Under the pieces are notes generated by a model that worked only from the letters and a program-made list of their open reading frames with translations, made no database searches and was not told the DNA's origin. Positions 63,069 to 64,000 of a DNA stretch of 64,000 bases are shown piece after piece. Origin of the DNA: Octopus bimaculoides (taxonomy: Eukaryota); the NCBI RefSeq assembly GCF_001194135.2, contig NC_069001.1, positions 33,267,652 through 33,331,651 of the forward strand, read 5' to 3'. Each line of letters begins with the position of its first letter. Positions within the stretch are counted from its first letter, which is position 1. Position numbers and translations under genes: made by a program.

Positions 63069-63131
63069 TATATCATATATTTATATACATATACATACAT
63101 ATCTGTGTGTGTGTGTGTGTGTGTGTGTGCG

Positions 63132-63162
<31 letters not shown>

Positions 63163-63654
63163 CTCCTCCTCCTCTAAATATCATGTGTGCCATAATGAAA
63201 ATAATGAACTCTGCTGTACTGAGTTCTTATATCTGCCTGATATAAGAACCTAAATTATAACAATGATTGTAAGTCAAAAGTAACAAATTTAAAATACATT
63301 TATTTGATTCTAATTCAATAAATACTGCAAAAAAAAAAAATGGAAAATAGAGATAGTAATACAATTATAATTTTTCAGGTTGTTCACCTTAACAAGTAGG
63401 AAACATTTGTTTATTATATATATAATCTATCCAATGTTTCCATTGGTCTCGTTACTGCTCATCAATCATCATTATATCAATTATTCTTAGAATATGCGAT
63501 TTTAGTCTCTCGTAGTCTGAGAAGAATGGTTCTGCAATTTCTTACTGAACAACCTGCACAAATGATTTGTTTTAAGTAGTCAAATGTATGTTGCTCACTT
63601 CCTTCATCAAATTGACATGGCTTGAACAGGTGCACAATGTACCACACACCAGGT

Positions 63655-64000
63655 GTGTGAATATGAGATGAAGTGTTTTGCTGAAGAACACAATGTTCTA
63701 GTCAGTGCAGGAATTGAAACTGTGACCTTGCAATCATGAGTGCAACATCCTAACCACTAGATCATGTGCCCTCTCTTAGGTATCTAGTCTATATGTGTAT
63801 ATAGTATAATATTTATCATAAGATATCTGTTTCTTTAAAAAAGAGAAGTTTCAAAAAATCATCATGGGTCCTGTATGTGAAGTTGAGCCTCTAAAAATAG
63901 CTTAACAGACTGGAGCAATGTGAAATGAAGTGCCTTGCTCAAGGACACAATGCACTGCCACTCTCCAGTCAGGAAATGAAACTATAGCCTTATGATCATG
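63655..64000 (-). mobile_element. Two family-C SINE head fragments (63655-63773, 63905-64000)
   Basis: gaagtgttttgctgaagaacacaatg and gaagtgccttgctcaaggacacaatg, each followed by reverse-complement B-box sequence. Confidence 0.8.

Noticed and set aside
155-63253. ORF-track entries as genes (poly-YI, HT, CV, poly-H/Q/T/V, X-filled ORFs)
   Set aside because: They are stop-free read-through of di- and trinucleotide repeats or N gaps, with no domain content.

Overview
Repeat-dense, AT-rich eukaryotic DNA with 13 assembly gaps. The repeat families look like those of Octopus; that is recall-based inference and no search was run. No complete protein-coding gene, rRNA, true tRNA or CRISPR array is supported, and essentially all ORF-track entries are microsatellite read-through or span gaps. 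Family letters A, B, B2, C and E are my own labels. The window contains: dozens of tRNA-headed SINEs; an unclassified ~200-bp repeat (E); decayed RTE-clade LINE fragments; a ~2.7-kb decayed hAT transposase with two younger insertions; and MITEs of hAT (8-bp TSD), piggyBac-like (TTAA), mariner and Tigger (TA) type. Best second-look items: (1) a complete minimal type I hammerhead ribozyme motif at 39161-39209 (minus), plus two decayed relatives in Penelope-like remnants; (2) a ~330-bp spacerless palindrome at 53612-53944; (3) two CpG-retaining domains (~7.0-9.9 kb and ~19-25 kb) in otherwise CpG-poor DNA, the second holding a plausible first coding exon (21582-21504, minus); (4) a head-to-head SINE pair able to form long dsRNA. 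I found no clear evidence of a wholly new biological system.
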